A stretch of 59,876 nt of DNA, counting the filler, from Catajapyx aquilonaris (lineage: Eukaryota): the NCBI GenBank assembly GCA_000934665.2. It is 3 parts of 3 records of this genome, joined end to end, with 100 filler letters (N's around TTAATTAATTAA, not from the genome) between each part and the next. Parts side by side here need not be neighbours in the genome. Positions count along the whole stretch, not along the records: positions 1 to 14,131 come from JYFJ02007872.1; 2 more parts are not named here. The stretch is one strand, 5' to 3'. Position numbers and translations under genes: made by a program. Every line of letters begins with the position of its first letter. The stretch's first letter is position 1. A model generated the notes under the pieces. It searched no databases, was not told where the DNA came from, and saw only the letters and a program-made list of their open reading frames with translations. Below, in pieces: positions 1 to 14,231 of this stretch.

Positions 1-139
1 TAATATGCCGGGTGGGAAATGGCGACAAGTCGATTTTGAAACTTCTCATTATTCTTAACAACTTCCAACAAACAGATCAAAATTAACACGCAATATGAGC
101 GGAACTGATTTTTTGACCAAATCTGCCCGGACTATATAC

Positions 140-178
140 CTTGTAGTCCCTTCGCAACGCATGGAATGCAGAGTCCAT
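140..178 (-). CDS. Possible first coding exon (MDSAFHALRRDYK) of an unidentified gene running off the left edge
   Basis: ATG in GGGATGG context at 178 and 13 codons to a phase-0 donor AAG|GTATAT at 139, in CpG-rich sequence. No homology recognised. Confidence 0.25.
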
Positions 179-3100
179 CCCAGCGGATTAAACCCTCCTG
201 TGTAAATCATGCAGGAGGCGATAGAAATTCCTGCTCTGGCCCTTCTCCTGTCAGGAGGAATGATCCGACCCCTTGTTGAAATCGTCGTCACCGATCTGAG
301 AACAGCTTAAGGAGCTTCATTCACGTCATCTTCGGCGCAGTATCAATCGTGACAATCGGAGAAAACGCAGGCATTCTCGTGTTATCCCTACCTCCAGTCA
401 ATTAGCGATCATCAGTCCGCGATAAGTGTCCATGTATATGTCAGCGGGACACCATTCTAATGGACGTTTTAGTGCACTCTTATATGGGGACCAACAGCTC
501 CCCCAAAAAAATGGAAAGTCCAGATTATCCCCACACTTTCTAGATTTTTTTTTTACCTGCTCCATTTTTATGATAGTCAAAGCAGCCATTTTTAGTGGGG
601 GGACAAGAAGTCAGAAAATCCGAATGTTGAACTCAATCATGGCTAGGATTAAAGATGACAAGGAGCTTCTGGAAGCATCGCACTAATGGACTCGGATAGT
701 TGCTGCTGGAAGATTGTTCAAAATCTAGTTTTGGCGCGTTGGGTTTAGGACGGACGAAACAGGTTTCTGAGCTCCATTACGTTGTATCGTTTTTCAAAAA
801 AAGGGGGCTCACGTTTTTTGTGTAAGTGTCTGACAGTAGCCAGCACAAATCAAAGCAGATTTGGTGAGGGGAAGGGGTGAAATTAAGCTGGTAATTCGAC
901 TAGATTAGAGGGAAGTGGTTTTCTTCAAAACGGAAGCACAAACCTAGCTTACAAAAATATTTGTAATAGATTTTTTGTAACGTGCATGTTTCTTCGTAGA
1001 TGCGTTTTATAAGCACAATGCATGTGGGAGTTAGAAGACAAATTATTTCTTATCAAAAAACTTTCTCTTTTTAACAGCCAGCTGACGACGCGACGCTCGT
1101 GCAGTATGTTACTGTATATTGTGCAGTGTAATACCTGATCTCTGACAAGTGAGATAAAGTCGGGAGACAAGTTTTTGTTTTTATTGTTTACTAATGATAA
1201 AAGTAAACACGGAAGATTATGCAGATAGGAGAACGTTTTCAGGATAAGTGACGATGTGACATTATCAGGATAGTTTCCTTGAAAAGAATAAATAGGTCTA
1301 GAAGGATGGCACCTGTATCGTCGAATAAGAGCGAAAAGTACACAGTGATTTATGCATAATAAAAATACCACTAGTCGTAAAACATTATCTGATTCAGCCT
1401 TTCAATTTTTTAGATATGTATAGATAGTGTAGAGAACGTCATTCCAAAAAATAGCTGGTTGGGTATTAGTTGCATCACTATATACGTCATATATTATACT
1501 AAGCCACGAATTTTAAACATAGCTATAAAAAGAAATCGACACACCTCACGAGAGCAACCCAAGAAATCTTATACTATATGCCCTACCCATTACACTTCTG
1601 AGGTGATGAAAGGGACCCTTTTACTGTTGCCCTCAGGCGAAAACTAATTACTGACACACTAGCAAATGGAAGCCACATTCGTAAACATTTTGGCATTTTC
1701 AAACATGATATTCAATAAAGACATCAGTGTTGTCAAACCGAGTCTCTCACGCAGTTGTTATAAGCTAATAGCATTTACGACTTTATCCCTCACAATATTA
1801 CTTATTGGAGACGTAACTGACAATTTTATATAGTGACCATGGCAGTCTGTAACAGTTGGAAACCTTATTTGAGAGGGACAACGTTGACATCCCTGACATA
1901 TGGTCACATTATATGCAAATTATTCAATCAAGGGCAGCCTTTCCTAGCATCAAGAGATATCCATCAGGATTGACTGATTTGCATCACTGGCCAACAATGC
2001 CAGAAATTTTTCAAGAAATAAGGCCTTCAACATACATGTCCAACATGAACAGAACAACATGTCCAATCAATATTACTGTATTTTCGTATACCTCTGCTGT
2101 GTGCATTGAATTTCCAATCACATACTAATAACGCCATATTTTCTGTGGTAACTATAAGGGGTATTATACGCTTAACCTTTTGTAATGTTGGGAAAAGCAG
2201 AGCTACAATCTCAGCAAAACAACATATCATCTAATTGACTGACAACAAAATTACATTGATTGCTTCTGCCTCAGATTACAATTTGCTGCATCTATAGGTA
2301 TTATAAAATATCCAAGCCGATGAATAATGCAGATCAGGATTGGGTTGCTTATACAGATTGGCATATCAATAAATCCAAATTATACAGTATTTTGTCATGG
2401 AATGGGTTTGTAGTGTATATAATTTTGAAGTTTCCGGTTGGGCCTACTTCATTGCAGCCTGTAGAGCAGGTGCTGAGAGTTGAGCCATCAGATCTATACC
2501 CAGCAGGGAGAAGATATACTAGTATACATGCATGGGGGCAGTATATACGGATATGCTTATCCTGTCCGAAAATAATTACCAGTGTACTGAGGAAAGTGAT
2601 ATGTTGTTTGTGCACTGAAGCCGAAAAATATTTTATGCTGCATATTCTCCAGCAGGAACATAATTTGCAAGTTACAAGCTAATACTCTATTGGAGAAAAT
2701 CTATTTGAATATAGCTTATAATTATGCATGTAAACCTAGCTCACCTTATATAGGTAGCTTTGAGATCATGTAGTAGTTACCCACGAAGTCCAAAAAAGCA
2801 ATTTAGCTATATTCCAAATCAAAAATTTGACCGTATATATCTCTACTACATGCTAGTGAAAAAATAAAATCTTGGTCAGCTGGCTCATAATGAATTATTA
2901 GGACTTGTAATGGTCTTCACAAGGCGATGGAGCAAAAAAAAAATCCTACATGTTGGTATCAATAACTCAAAACCGCTAAAAGTGGACATTGTGGATTTCT
3001 TCCATGTATACATGTGCCAACACATTCAATACACTGAATTGTGAAACTGCCGAAAATTACAAAAACTGCGAATATTGTGAATGTTAATAGTGAAAATAAT

Positions 3101-5440
3101 GACAACAAGACGCGAAATAAAGTTGAGAGGTCACATTTGTACAAAAACTCCGCTACTTCTTGTTGAAATACTTGCTCGACAAATATTGATCAGTCATGCT
3201 GCACGTGTATTAGACTTAATCTCGATTAATTTTTTTATAAATATAGTTGCGGTAATAGTTGACACTGTAGCAAACAACAAAATCCGCAAACGTGAAATGG
3301 AGCACAATCACTCATATTTTTGTCAAAATTGAGTTACGTGCGATTTCAGATGTTCAAGTATTTCCTATAATGAAGCAATAAATTATTACTTCCTCCAAAA
3401 TGGATATTCAGTGATTAGGCCTACCCGGCGTTTTAGCCTATACAACAATAATTATACAGTACATTTCTGGCACGAGGAGGAACATGTCACCCTCTCGTAT
3501 GCACTATATATGCACAGAAATCGGGTGCTCCTGGCCATACAGTATTTGTCTGCAAATCGTGCTGGCATTTCTTGTACCCGCCAGTATATAAGTGGGTATA
3601 TATAGAGCTGGTGTGATCATATCGAGTGTTGCCTGTCCCAGCCTGGAGCACTGGCATCATCCATTTCCCTTCCCCGTTGATTCGGCCTGTGCATGGCCGC
3701 CTGAGCAGCAGCCGTTGCCAGGCAAGTAGTTCCCTCGGCGTGCGCGGTGTTGTAAACCCGTTACAATCTGCCGGATTTGCGTCGCTGACATCAGGGCATG
3801 CAGTGCTCCATTTGCATTCTCGCGAGTTGCTGTTCATCGTGAAAATAGGCGCATTAATTAGCATTTAGATGGCTTAATGATAATTATCCCCATTAAGCTC
3901 CGGCAGCTGGATGAGAAAAGCGCGGAGGAAGGGGGGAATGGTGTGAAAAGAAGTGATATAAAATGCACGGTTGACGTTCTGCAGAGACCAATTTCCCCGG
4001 ATGAGGAGGAAAGCAAAGTGGTGATTATCAAACAAAGGAATAATTAAAGGCACCGTTCCGCGCCTTCGGCCTGTCATCTTTGCCGGAAAAAGCAGCACTT
4101 GGGCCTGAGTTAGGGGGCGGGCGCCAAGTTTGCCAAGTGTAATAAGCCCCCCCAATTTACAGCACCAGCCTGCAGCCTCGCTATCTTCATTCTCTGCAGT
4201 ATAACAGCAGCAGGAGACTGACTCCTTGCAAATATTAGTAAGGAAAAGGGAGGGGCTGCCACACCCAGCCAATTTTCTCTGGTGGGAAATCACCTGGGAG
4301 TTTTTGCATGAGAGTTTTTCAAATTGGCCAGTGATGAAGGGCTGATACGCGACACAAAGTGATATTTGGGTGTGTGTATATGTATATACTGCATCAAAAT
4401 GGGCCTAACCTCTTCTTCTTCTTCTTCTTTTTTTGCGAGGAAATTTGCGGGGCATGGCCGTAACGCGGGCTCGTTCACAGCGAGATCTCCATTACACGGA
4501 GCGAATCAGGATGGGGGAATAAACCGCGTCTCTCGAAAGGAGCATAGCACCTTCCTCATGTGTTCCATTTATGGCTGTTTAGCTGCCATTCGAATGATCT
4601 ACAACCAATTTCAAGCCCGCGTAGGGATGCCTTTAGATCTGTTTTGTTACCTGTGAATAATAAAATTGCAGCCTTGGCAAGTTAAAGGTGATGGGAATTA
4701 CACCATAACACAGTGCTAATAAAACCAGGCTCCCAAAGTCTTTTATTAGTACTAGGGACAGGAAATAGTGAAAGCAATTCCAGGAGGTAATTGAAACAAA
4801 GTGCAACCAAAGCTGTAAAGAGTTGAAGATGGTCTGTAAAGTTTACGAGCAAAACGTCCCCAGCTAAACCGTGGATTTCATCGCCAGTGCTGCCCCCATC
4901 CACATCCAACCAACCCCATTTTCTCATGGCGGTCCAGTCTCTAGGAAGCCAAGTGCTGGCCGGATCATTGAAACCGCAGCGGTGAAGGCTGGGAACATAA
5001 CTGTCGGCACCAGCCAAGATTGACTGTTTCACAAGACCCGAGCATTTCCTCGGTTCAAAAAACGAGCCGGGAGGGAACAATGGTTTCTCTCTAGCTCCCC
5101 CTATAATATAGCTATGCTCCATGATGGTATAGCTGCTGCTGCTTTTTGCAATTTTCGGGTTGAGAGCCTGCACCCGGCTATATACAGCAGGCACAGCCAT
5201 GCCAGACCCTCGGTTACGCCACTTGCTGCATTATTCCTGATGCCAATTCGGCCCACACCCCGTTTATTACTTCTTACAGCCCTTTTAATATGCGGCCGTG
5301 ACTAAACTCGTTTTTTGGGGCCGGCTGTGAGAAACGCCGCCTTTCGACTTACCAACCTTGCCAACTGCTACCAGCCCTTGATTGTTATGAACATGGGCTA
5401 TTTTGTTGCAGGTGCATTGGAACATATAAGAGCGTGTTTC

Positions 5441-5628
5441 GCTCACATCATCTCCAATAACTATTACATTTTCCGAAAGAATTATTTGCGAAAGAAATTA
5501 ATAACCCGATGTCCACATATGTGGACACTGGGTAATTGCTAGAGGATATGTCGCGAAGCAATCAAGAAAGAATTCCGCTTTCGCGAAGCGCCGGAAAATG
5601 TAATATAGTTATTGGAGATGATGTGAGC
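5441..5628. mobile_element. MITE-like fold-back element
   Basis: About 35-bp terminal inverted repeats (GCTCACATCATCTCCAATAACTATTACATTTTCCG / CGGAAAATGTAATATAGTTATTGGAGATGATGTGAGC) and an internal palindrome GTCCACATATGTGGAC. Confidence 0.65.
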
Positions 5629-8600
5629 ATATTCCAATAGTATTGGAAACACTACAAATGGTGGCAGTTGGCAAAAATCCTCCGAATCTGTCCTGAGCCA
5701 ACTCCTGCAAAAGTTCTGTCCCGCCACTGGGCATGGCAATGGCTAACCAAGACGCATGAAAGGGTTGGAGGCCTTACCACAATGTCACACTGTCGGTAGA
5801 CCAAATGCTCTGCATGGCATGGGCGGGGATGGGAGGGGGAGAGAACACGACACAGCACGCTCCCAGCCTACTTTCCCACACTCTTTGGATGTTGGCCCTA
5901 GGGGTGCTACAGGCGTGACGTTCCTAGTCTTTTTCCTATGCAGTTTGGGGTTGATACTGGGGGAAACTGGATGGATGGATGTCCCCGGTGACACCAGCCC
6001 CAAGTTAGACCCGGTGTGGCCAAAGGGGCCCCCTGAGGGCAGGGTCCAGGCCGCTTGTGCCCCCTTTGGTCACGGTGGCATCTCCCTCTCGGGGGCGACC
6101 GAGAGGAACCAATCTGGGGGACATTTTTTTCCGGTTTTAGGGGGACATCCGGAGTGTCACGTTGCCTCCCGATGTTGCTTTCGTTTAGAAACCAGCGGTG
6201 GCGTGCCCTGATTTTTTTTGGAGTCTAATTCATGCATGAGGCGAGGGTGTTGATACACTACATGATCTCATTGTCGGGCCAAAAATTGTAGAAGTTACAC
6301 AAACATGACCCTTACCAGATCACAAGCTGAGATGAAAGGATTTGACACCTATTATTTCACCCAACAACCACTGATCCTGTAAACCTTCCAAAAGCGACCA
6401 CTGGCCTCGTTACAAAACTGGATGGATTGTAATCAAATTTGTTCGGCCACCCTCCTGCCTTCCAACAATGGGCAGGGAAGTTGTGAGCCTATTTATAAAC
6501 TCTTCTAGTCAGCGGAGCAAATAGTAGAAAAAGCAAGAGGGAGGGGATCCGGTGGGCTGGTGGGGCTTCCAGCATTGTTGCTCCGGTTTAGAGCCCCCAA
6601 ATCAGCGTGTATTGTGAGGAGAGTATCTTTTCAGGAAGGTAACAAAGGGCATAGTGTCCCCGTCGTCACACAAGGGGGGCGGGTGTTGCCAACCCAGGGA
6701 TAGGGATGGCTATGTAATTGATCTCGTTTGTCCAACTGTATCCTGACCGACCTCGAGTCATCTGCTGACAACGTGAACTTTTAGCACACCCTGTACAGGA
6801 CCCCCATTCTTTCACTGGTCTGACACGACGTGCATGCGCTGACAGGCCTGTCAACCTTCTCTAGGGCCGCCTGGCTTGCGGTTCTACCAGGTCACAAAAC
6901 AGCAGGGAATCCTAGGGCCGCCCCGGGCTAAGATATAAGGGGGCGCTATGAACGTTTGGACCCCACCGGGTCCAGCACCATTCGGAGGGAAATACGAGCC
7001 CAGCAGTTTGTGTTTCAAACTCGATTTCCTTCCGCGGAACCCGGCACATGCTAATTTTTACGTGTGCTTATATGGGGGGGTTGCTAGGACCGGACATCTC
7101 CTGGTGCACAAGATGAATGATAGGCCCGAGGTGTTACGGAGGCCCCAGTCACCACAGGAATGTTGGGCTAAGGTGTGGTCCCTCCCGTGGATTTTTTTTG
7201 TAAACAATTTGTGGCATTGACACAGCTCGAATGAGTAGCTGAAGTGCTTTCGACAAACCCGGACGCAAGACAAATTTAGTGGAATGTCCGTTAGATGTCG
7301 CTGATCAAAAAATAGCAAAATACTTCGTGCTGGGTGAAGAAATACGAGCCTCGTTACAATGGGGTCAACCTAGGGTCGGGCTAGTTATAGATTCCGGATT
7401 CCAGCACGAGTTTTGTCTCCTTCGGACAAGGAATGTACTTCTCGTGAAGTCCAAATGAAGGAGCGAGTATTGTCCTGCTGGGAGACTGAATGACGCCTAC
7501 CTCACGTCCCCCCCCCCCCTCAAAAAAGAAGGTTCCAAGACCAACGGGGGGTTCCAAGGCCCCCCCAAAAAGCCTAGGTCACAATGGTGGGAACCGCCCA
7601 TCAGGCTGTCCCCTCTCTTTCAGTGGTCAATTAGCCAGATTGTTCCTGGGAGGTCGCGTCCACGCCCGTTTCGTGGCCTACCGGGTGATGATGACGTGAT
7701 AAAGACTTGTTTACATTGTCTTTTTTTTTGTAGATGCTGGGTCTTACCACCGGGCATTTTCTAGAATTGGAGCCTGATTAATCTGAATGTCATTTTTTTC
7801 CCCCCACTAGAGCAGTTGACTGGTCGCGAAATCAAGTGATGAATCGCCCCATTCACACGGGGCCATCCATCTATTTTTTTTGGAGGATGGTCCGCATATA
7901 TAGAGGACCTCTGGTGGATGCTAACCGGGGTAGGACGCACGCTGCAAAAGACTGTCAGCCAAGAGAATAATTGCGTGATAATTTTCAGAGGCTCTTTCAA
8001 TCAGAAGTGTCCTTCGAAGCCGGGGGGAGGCTGAATGAGCAAGCGTGGCCATAAATATTGTCGGATTAGAGAAGTCGAGAGGAGGACTTGGACCACCATC
8101 AGGGTCTGGGGTCCCCATTGTTGTGTCCTTTTTGCCTGGGTGGGTGGGTGCGGAGAAAAGGGGTTTGGGACTTCTCAGGAGATTTTTTTTCTTTTTTTTA
8201 TCTGAAAGGGATGAGAAGGATAGGGACGGACTTATATGTGAGGAAAGGCCCATTCAGGATGCTTATTACCCCTTTCAACCCCGACTGTACAACCCGTGTC
8301 ACTTTTTACGGGGGTGTATACACGGGCAATGGTGCGTGCAGATACGCAACCATATGTCAACAGCCCCGTTTTAATTACCAGAGGGTGACACTGATTCAAT
8401 GTACAGGCTGTTCAGATTTTAAGTGGGAGTTAAGGCTCATTTTGTTAGCTTTATCTGGTAGGTAACTGAGGTATAAATATCACTGTTCATTTATTCATAT
8501 TTATTCTCGTATTTAGTCTCCCAGAGCAGCGCTATAGGTGCTGTCAATGTCTCATTCTTGAAAGTGTTAAGCCAAGCCCTTCCAGCCCCTGGGAATGCGC

Positions 8601-10292
8601 CTTGAAATTTTTATATGGGGCTCATACAAAACTAATGGTCCATAAGTCATTATGGATTCAACCCCTTTTAATTAATATGGATACAGTTATTTTTTACACC
8701 CACTTTTTTATACATTTTTTGGTAGTGGATGATGACTTTAGAGAGCGATTATTGATCCCCTTTCGGAGGCAACAAGGGGATTAAATGGGGGGATCCCTCC
8801 TTCCATTCCTTCCTTATACTGTACCATCCAAGGGGGTTTGGTGGTGGTGGTGGCTGCTGAAAAGAAGCTCTGGGTGAGGTGCAGTTGAATGAAACAAGGC
8901 CGTTCATTCAGACTCTGCCTCCCAATGCGAAAATGCAGCTCAACCTGTCCGCACGAGTGATAAAGGGAAGAACTCCTAACAATAGCCATGAAAATTTTGT
9001 TTACCCAAGGGCTAGGAGGCCAGTTGGGAGTTATATAGCATTCACCGGCGCGTCACCTTTGCTCACATAAACATTACTCCCCAAAAGGCACCATGTTGAG
9101 TATGCGTACATATATTTCGAGCCTAATGTAGAGGGCGCTGGAAATGATAACGCCCAGACACCAGTAGCGGGGTCCCTAGGACCTTCTCTTGATTTGTGAC
9201 CTGGTCCTACCAGATTCGAAGCATTCACGACCCACACCTGTAGGTAATGCCCAACCAAGCAACCACCCTCATCCTATTGATGTAAAGGAGATAGCAGCAG
9301 ATGCCATAACATTGTAGTTTTAATGGGCATGGACGTGATCCCTGCTGTAAGTCTGACAGTTTGTTTCTATGGCTTAGGCAAGACTTGGTTGAAACTTGAA
9401 AGTTGGTGCATGGTGATGCCCTTCACCAGGTGACAATTAGCTCATTAAGAAGGCAAAATAAAGTCGACTGGTGTTTGTCCCCTGTTTTTGCCCGTTTCAC
9501 ACCTGGCCGGATTTTCAAGGGTTCTTAAAACCTTTTTTTGTGTGTGTTGCCGGCTGATAAGAATAACGCTGCTTTCCTCGCAGAAGGAACTCGGCGACAT
9601 TAATTCTGGGGGATTTTGTTCCAGGAAGACATTCAGGGCAAGAAATCTCCGGTAGCCATCGCGGTTATGGTGTATAGTTATGAGGTACCAGTTCTGAAAT
9701 CAAGTTGAGCCGTTGGGAAGCTCCTGTACGGCCGAAAGTTATTTTCTTGCCTAACCAGTGTTAATATATTCGGTGGCGTGCGTCACTTCTAATGCTACTT
9801 AAGAAAGGAAAAAAAAGAGCGTCTGGGAGCTTCACGAGATAGGTGCATGACTTTGTGTTTGTTGTGCTTTTGTGTTGTTGGAGGGACTTTGCCAACTGTG
9901 TAAATCAATATGCAGAAGAGGACTGCAGGATGTGGAAGATATGTTTATGATCATGTATTGTAGTGTATCAAGTGATGGCAAAAACGTACAAGTAGTTTAC
10001 TATGCGGGTGATATGTAATTAAATTTTTGTAATGTTGATGGATGGTGATCATAGTAGGAAACGTGTAAGTCGTTTCAACGAATGTCATTCAAAAAATAAT
10101 TTGCATCTCTTTAAGAAGACTTTCACTTGTACGGATACAGTCTATTTATTGTTTCATACAACAATTGATTTGCTACAGTAACTATAGTCCACTTCCCCGC
10201 CCGGAGATAAGACTGAAGGGACCAATATTCACCATTTTGTGTTGTTATTTTATTTTGTTTTATGTTATTTTATTTTAAATATTTATTTTCAG

Positions 10293-10421
10293 AACCGGCA
10301 GCAACACAAACTGGCGCCACACCTTGTCAGGCTATGTGGCAAGAGATATTATTGCGAACAAAACTATGATACTGGACAGCAGCTCTCACATGTTCCTATA
10401 TGGACCACAGCTGACTGACAA
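10293..10421 (+). other. Candidate isolated 129-nt internal exon of an unidentified transcript
   Basis: Long T-rich tract ending TTTTCAG, donor AA|GTAAGT, length divisible by 3, one open frame (TGSNTNWRHTLSGYVARDIIANKTMILDSSSHMFLYGPQLTD). Confidence 0.35.
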
Positions 10422-13204
10422 GTAAGTATACTCGTAGGCCTGAATCCCTAAGTCCTATTATGGGTCTTCGATGTTGTAATATTTTGTTTAGTGACCAATA
10501 GATCACACACTATACAGCATGCATGAGTGACACTTCGTGAAGGGTTTTTCACTAAGTTACAGCATAACATGTAAGGTTGCTGTAGGATCAACTAAATGTC
10601 AGTCTGAAAAACTTTTACACATGCTGGAGTAGCCAGAGTTTCTCACGTTTTTTGTACGATTTGTTATTGACATTCTATTCGTATGGAATATGAGTACTTT
10701 TGACCTATAGCTATAGTCGGCTTTGATTTTTATCATTGTTATTGCTGATTAATTTATTTCTAGATCTTATCTCGATGAGCATGGCCTCATGTTCCGGGTA
10801 TATTCCCAATGTCACTTTATTTTTATTATAAGATCGCGGTTAGGAGCTTCGGAATAAATTTCCAACCGGGTGTCCCCATACGTGGACACAGGGTTGGAAG
10901 AGGAGTCTAGTAATACACAAAAATTGCGTCACCTTTTGCACTCGGTTGCTTAATACTATTGCCCAAATGAAATCATATATTACTGAAACAATAAATAATT
11001 AGTCGCCTATGCCCCCCCTGTTACTCTGATTTCCAGCAGGATTTCCCCGACAATCTTACTCCAGCGGCTGGACCCAAACCCAGCTTTTGTACCACCGCCA
11101 CCTACAACAAAGTGTCCAATTCTTTCTCCTCCCCTTCTTTTTTTTTCGTTTCCCTGAAATTGATGGAAATGGGAGCCTGTGCAATCGCCCATGAGGGTGA
11201 CCACCCTGGTAGGCCAGGCAAAGAGCCGGGGTCTGGTCTGCATCAAGCCCCTCGGCTTGGCCTATCCCTAGCACCAAGACGATGACAAAAAGGCAAACAA
11301 AAATCCCCCAAGTCTTTTGCCGATGCCGACTCAAACACAGGGGTCGTGTTACTGTCAAGTGACCTCCCTAGTGTTTATAAAGGCAGAGTGAGGTTAAGTT
11401 GGTGGGTGAGGCATCGTGTCGCCAAGGGCTCAACATTTTGACACCACCAACGGATCTAAACGGTGTATGTCCACGAAAAACAGCCATTGCTACAATCTAA
11501 CCTCGCAGATATACCCGGGGCCTTATTTATGCCATGGCAGCTGCTAAGTCAGGCCTAATACGGGCGAGCTAGACGGACAGTGGCGAGAAATTTGGGGAAT
11601 GAAAATGGCGAAAATGCACATAAAACGCTAGATTGACGGGGGATAGCAGGCACGAGCTCAAGTTTTGGAGCCCACTACGGAAGCGATAAACATTTCGTTA
11701 TCTGCTGGGCATGAGCCGGTAGGAAAAACCAAATGGCCCGCCCCCCAGTTTTTATCGTAGTTTCTCTTTCGGAGGCCTACGCGCGATTACCGCAGTTAAT
11801 GATGTCATTAGGAATACACATGATGGCTGCTGCACTGCCGCGATGCCGGGTCTTAACGGGCTGGCTACCAACTTTCCGAGTGCTAAAATCAGTGTTGGGC
11901 AGGTGTTGCAAAACGACGCCAAATTAACAACTATTTTTGGTGGGCTCTTAACGTTGGCGCCTACAAAATTGAAGGGATAGTATGAGGTAAAATCTGCAAG
12001 GAGATGGTAGTGTGTAAGAAGCATGAATATTTATTTAAATTTTAAAATATGTGTCAAATTTTTGTCCCAGTGTTAGATACTGATAACTTAGCAGTAACTA
12101 TAGCAGTGGGACGAAAATTCGACCATATATTTTCAATTTAATTCTTTCTTGGGTGAGATAAAGAAAAATTATTTTTATCGTTGAAAATTTTTACTAAGAT
12201 GTATATTATCCCTGCTGGGATAGAAATGTTGGATTCTATAGCAGGATATAAAATAAAATGAATAAAATATATTTATATGTCCTAGCTCCTAGGACATTAG
12301 GCCAGCATAGGCCTACATGAATTTAACTGAAGTACACTGATGCACATACGTCCTGATGTAGGTCCTCAAGATGACAAGATGTCATATGCACCAGTCTTGC
12401 ACAATCTATAAAGTTTTTGAGATAGATTTGTTGCTTTTGCTGCACTTGAAATAGCGTCCAGCTATAGCCCTCTTCAATGAAAATTTTCTTCAGGCAGACT
12501 CAATGAATAAAAATTCTGAAAATAAAATAAATAAATCCGTCGATTTGGTTGAAAAACTGTATAAGTTTATATCAGTGATAAGAACAAAATAAACTTTGTC
12601 TTACGAATATTAGGCTTATTGCGTTGTTGAGTCAGTTGCAAGAGATGTTGCACTTAACTGCATGCTATTTCAAGAACAGAGTATAAAACCCACTCAAAAT
12701 GCTATTCCAGAGCATATATTGTAGGCCTACTTACATAAGGCCTCCCTATATAAAAACAGATAAATTATGCTGGTGTCCCAAGCCAAGTACACCATTCAAG
12801 AGAAGAGAGATCCATAAATCATTGCGGAAAACCACCTCATGAAAGCAACAACCAGGGGCACGTCATTCTCTTGCTCCAATAATAAGGAACCATTATTGTT
12901 CCTTGCCTCTGAACTGATTGTCAGGATAAAATCTTCCATACCCTTGAATTAAGGAGTTGTGCACGGTTGTCCCTGTAGCGTAAACCGCCAATGTCAGTCA
13001 GCATCATTAAGAGGAGCTCAAACTACTGCACTAAGTTTAATGAATTACTATCACAAGAACTAAAAAGTTAATTTTAGTGTATAAAAATACTGGATAAACC
13101 GCAAGCATATTGAACTGACAAGTGACTAAGATGAATCCTGAGAAAAGGGGGAGGCCTGTCAGTTGTTCCATATTATTCATAACTATAATGTAACTAACAT
13201 GTTA

Positions 13205-13773
13205 CAGTTAAATCAGGATATAACGGACTTCAAGGGACTACGAAAAAGGTATGTTATGACCGAGGCCTGTTATAGCCAAATTTTCACTTTTCAACGAATA
13301 CACAGTTTCCTGGTTTCCATATTCCTGTAATGCATAGCCTACTACTGCATGCTGATTAATGAAACTATCGACAAAAATTTAAAACTATAGCTCACCCGAA
13401 AATTATGCAGGAAAAAAATTCGTCATTTTCTACTGTCATCTCCATGTTGCCAAATATTATATAGGCCTACCAGAAAAAGAATGATTTTGATATCTTCGGC
13501 ATGTGTAAAGGACCCCCTAGATCAGTGACAGATGGGAAAATCACTCCCGATCCAGTATTCATGCTTTCCTCGAATGGGAAAGGAAGATTAGTAATCAATA
13601 GCAGCAAATTTTCCCACCGAGGGCCCAAGAAATGGTCTGTTATAGTGGAGGTGAGGTGAAAATGAGTATGTTATTATATCAGAAGTAAAAATATGAAAGC
13701 CGGGACCAGCCTGTCTAGTCTGTTATAACCGAAAGTTTGTTACAGCAGATGTTTTTATATCCGGAGTCAACTG
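13205..13773. mobile_element. Tigger/pogo-like MITE
   Basis: TA-CAGTTAAATCAGGATATAAC ... TATATCCGGAGTCAACTG-TA imperfect TIRs, TA target duplication, GTTATAACCG-type subterminal repeats. A related right end occurs at about 26355-26417. Confidence 0.7.
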
Positions 13774-14131
13774 TATACATTAGCCTGCAACCCTACACAG
13801 TTAATGATGCATTATATTGTAGGCCTGTAGTACCTGTTGCCAGTATAGGCCTACTTTGCTCTTTTTAGAGAACAATATTCTTAAGAGTGTGTGCAAGATA
13901 GGCCAGCTGAATAGCAAACACTGAATGCACAGTATGTCTATACATTTCTTAAATAATTTTGTTCCTCTCCACCCAACCGCTCTCCAGACCACCCTGCCTG
14001 CCACCTACCGCAACACCCAACTTTACATCCCCGCAAAGCAATGCCACTTTACTTATTCAACAATGGAGGGCCCCGCACTGTCTGTAAATTCGACACCTGA
14101 TCAGGTGGGCAGCCTCCCCCTCCCCCCCCCC

Positions 14132-14231
14132 NNNNNNNNNNNNNNNNNNNNNNNNNNNNNNNNNNNNNNNNNNNNTTAATTAATTAANNNNNNNNNNNNN
14201 NNNNNNNNNNNNNNNNNNNNNNNNNNNNNNN
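14132..14231. other. Artificial contig linker
   Basis: Exactly 44 N + TTAATTAATTAA + 44 N = 100 nt. The 12-mer has stops in all six frames and recurs identically at 28370. Confidence 0.92.

Noticed and set aside
3487..9258. ORFs of 100-172 aa in the first contig (e.g. 4682-5200, 5756-6211)
   Set aside because: No recognisable protein motifs, overlapping on both strands, and no exon chain could be built.
14176..14187. TTAATTAATTAA palindrome as a biological motif
   Set aside because: It is centred in fixed-length N runs twice, so it is a scaffolding linker.
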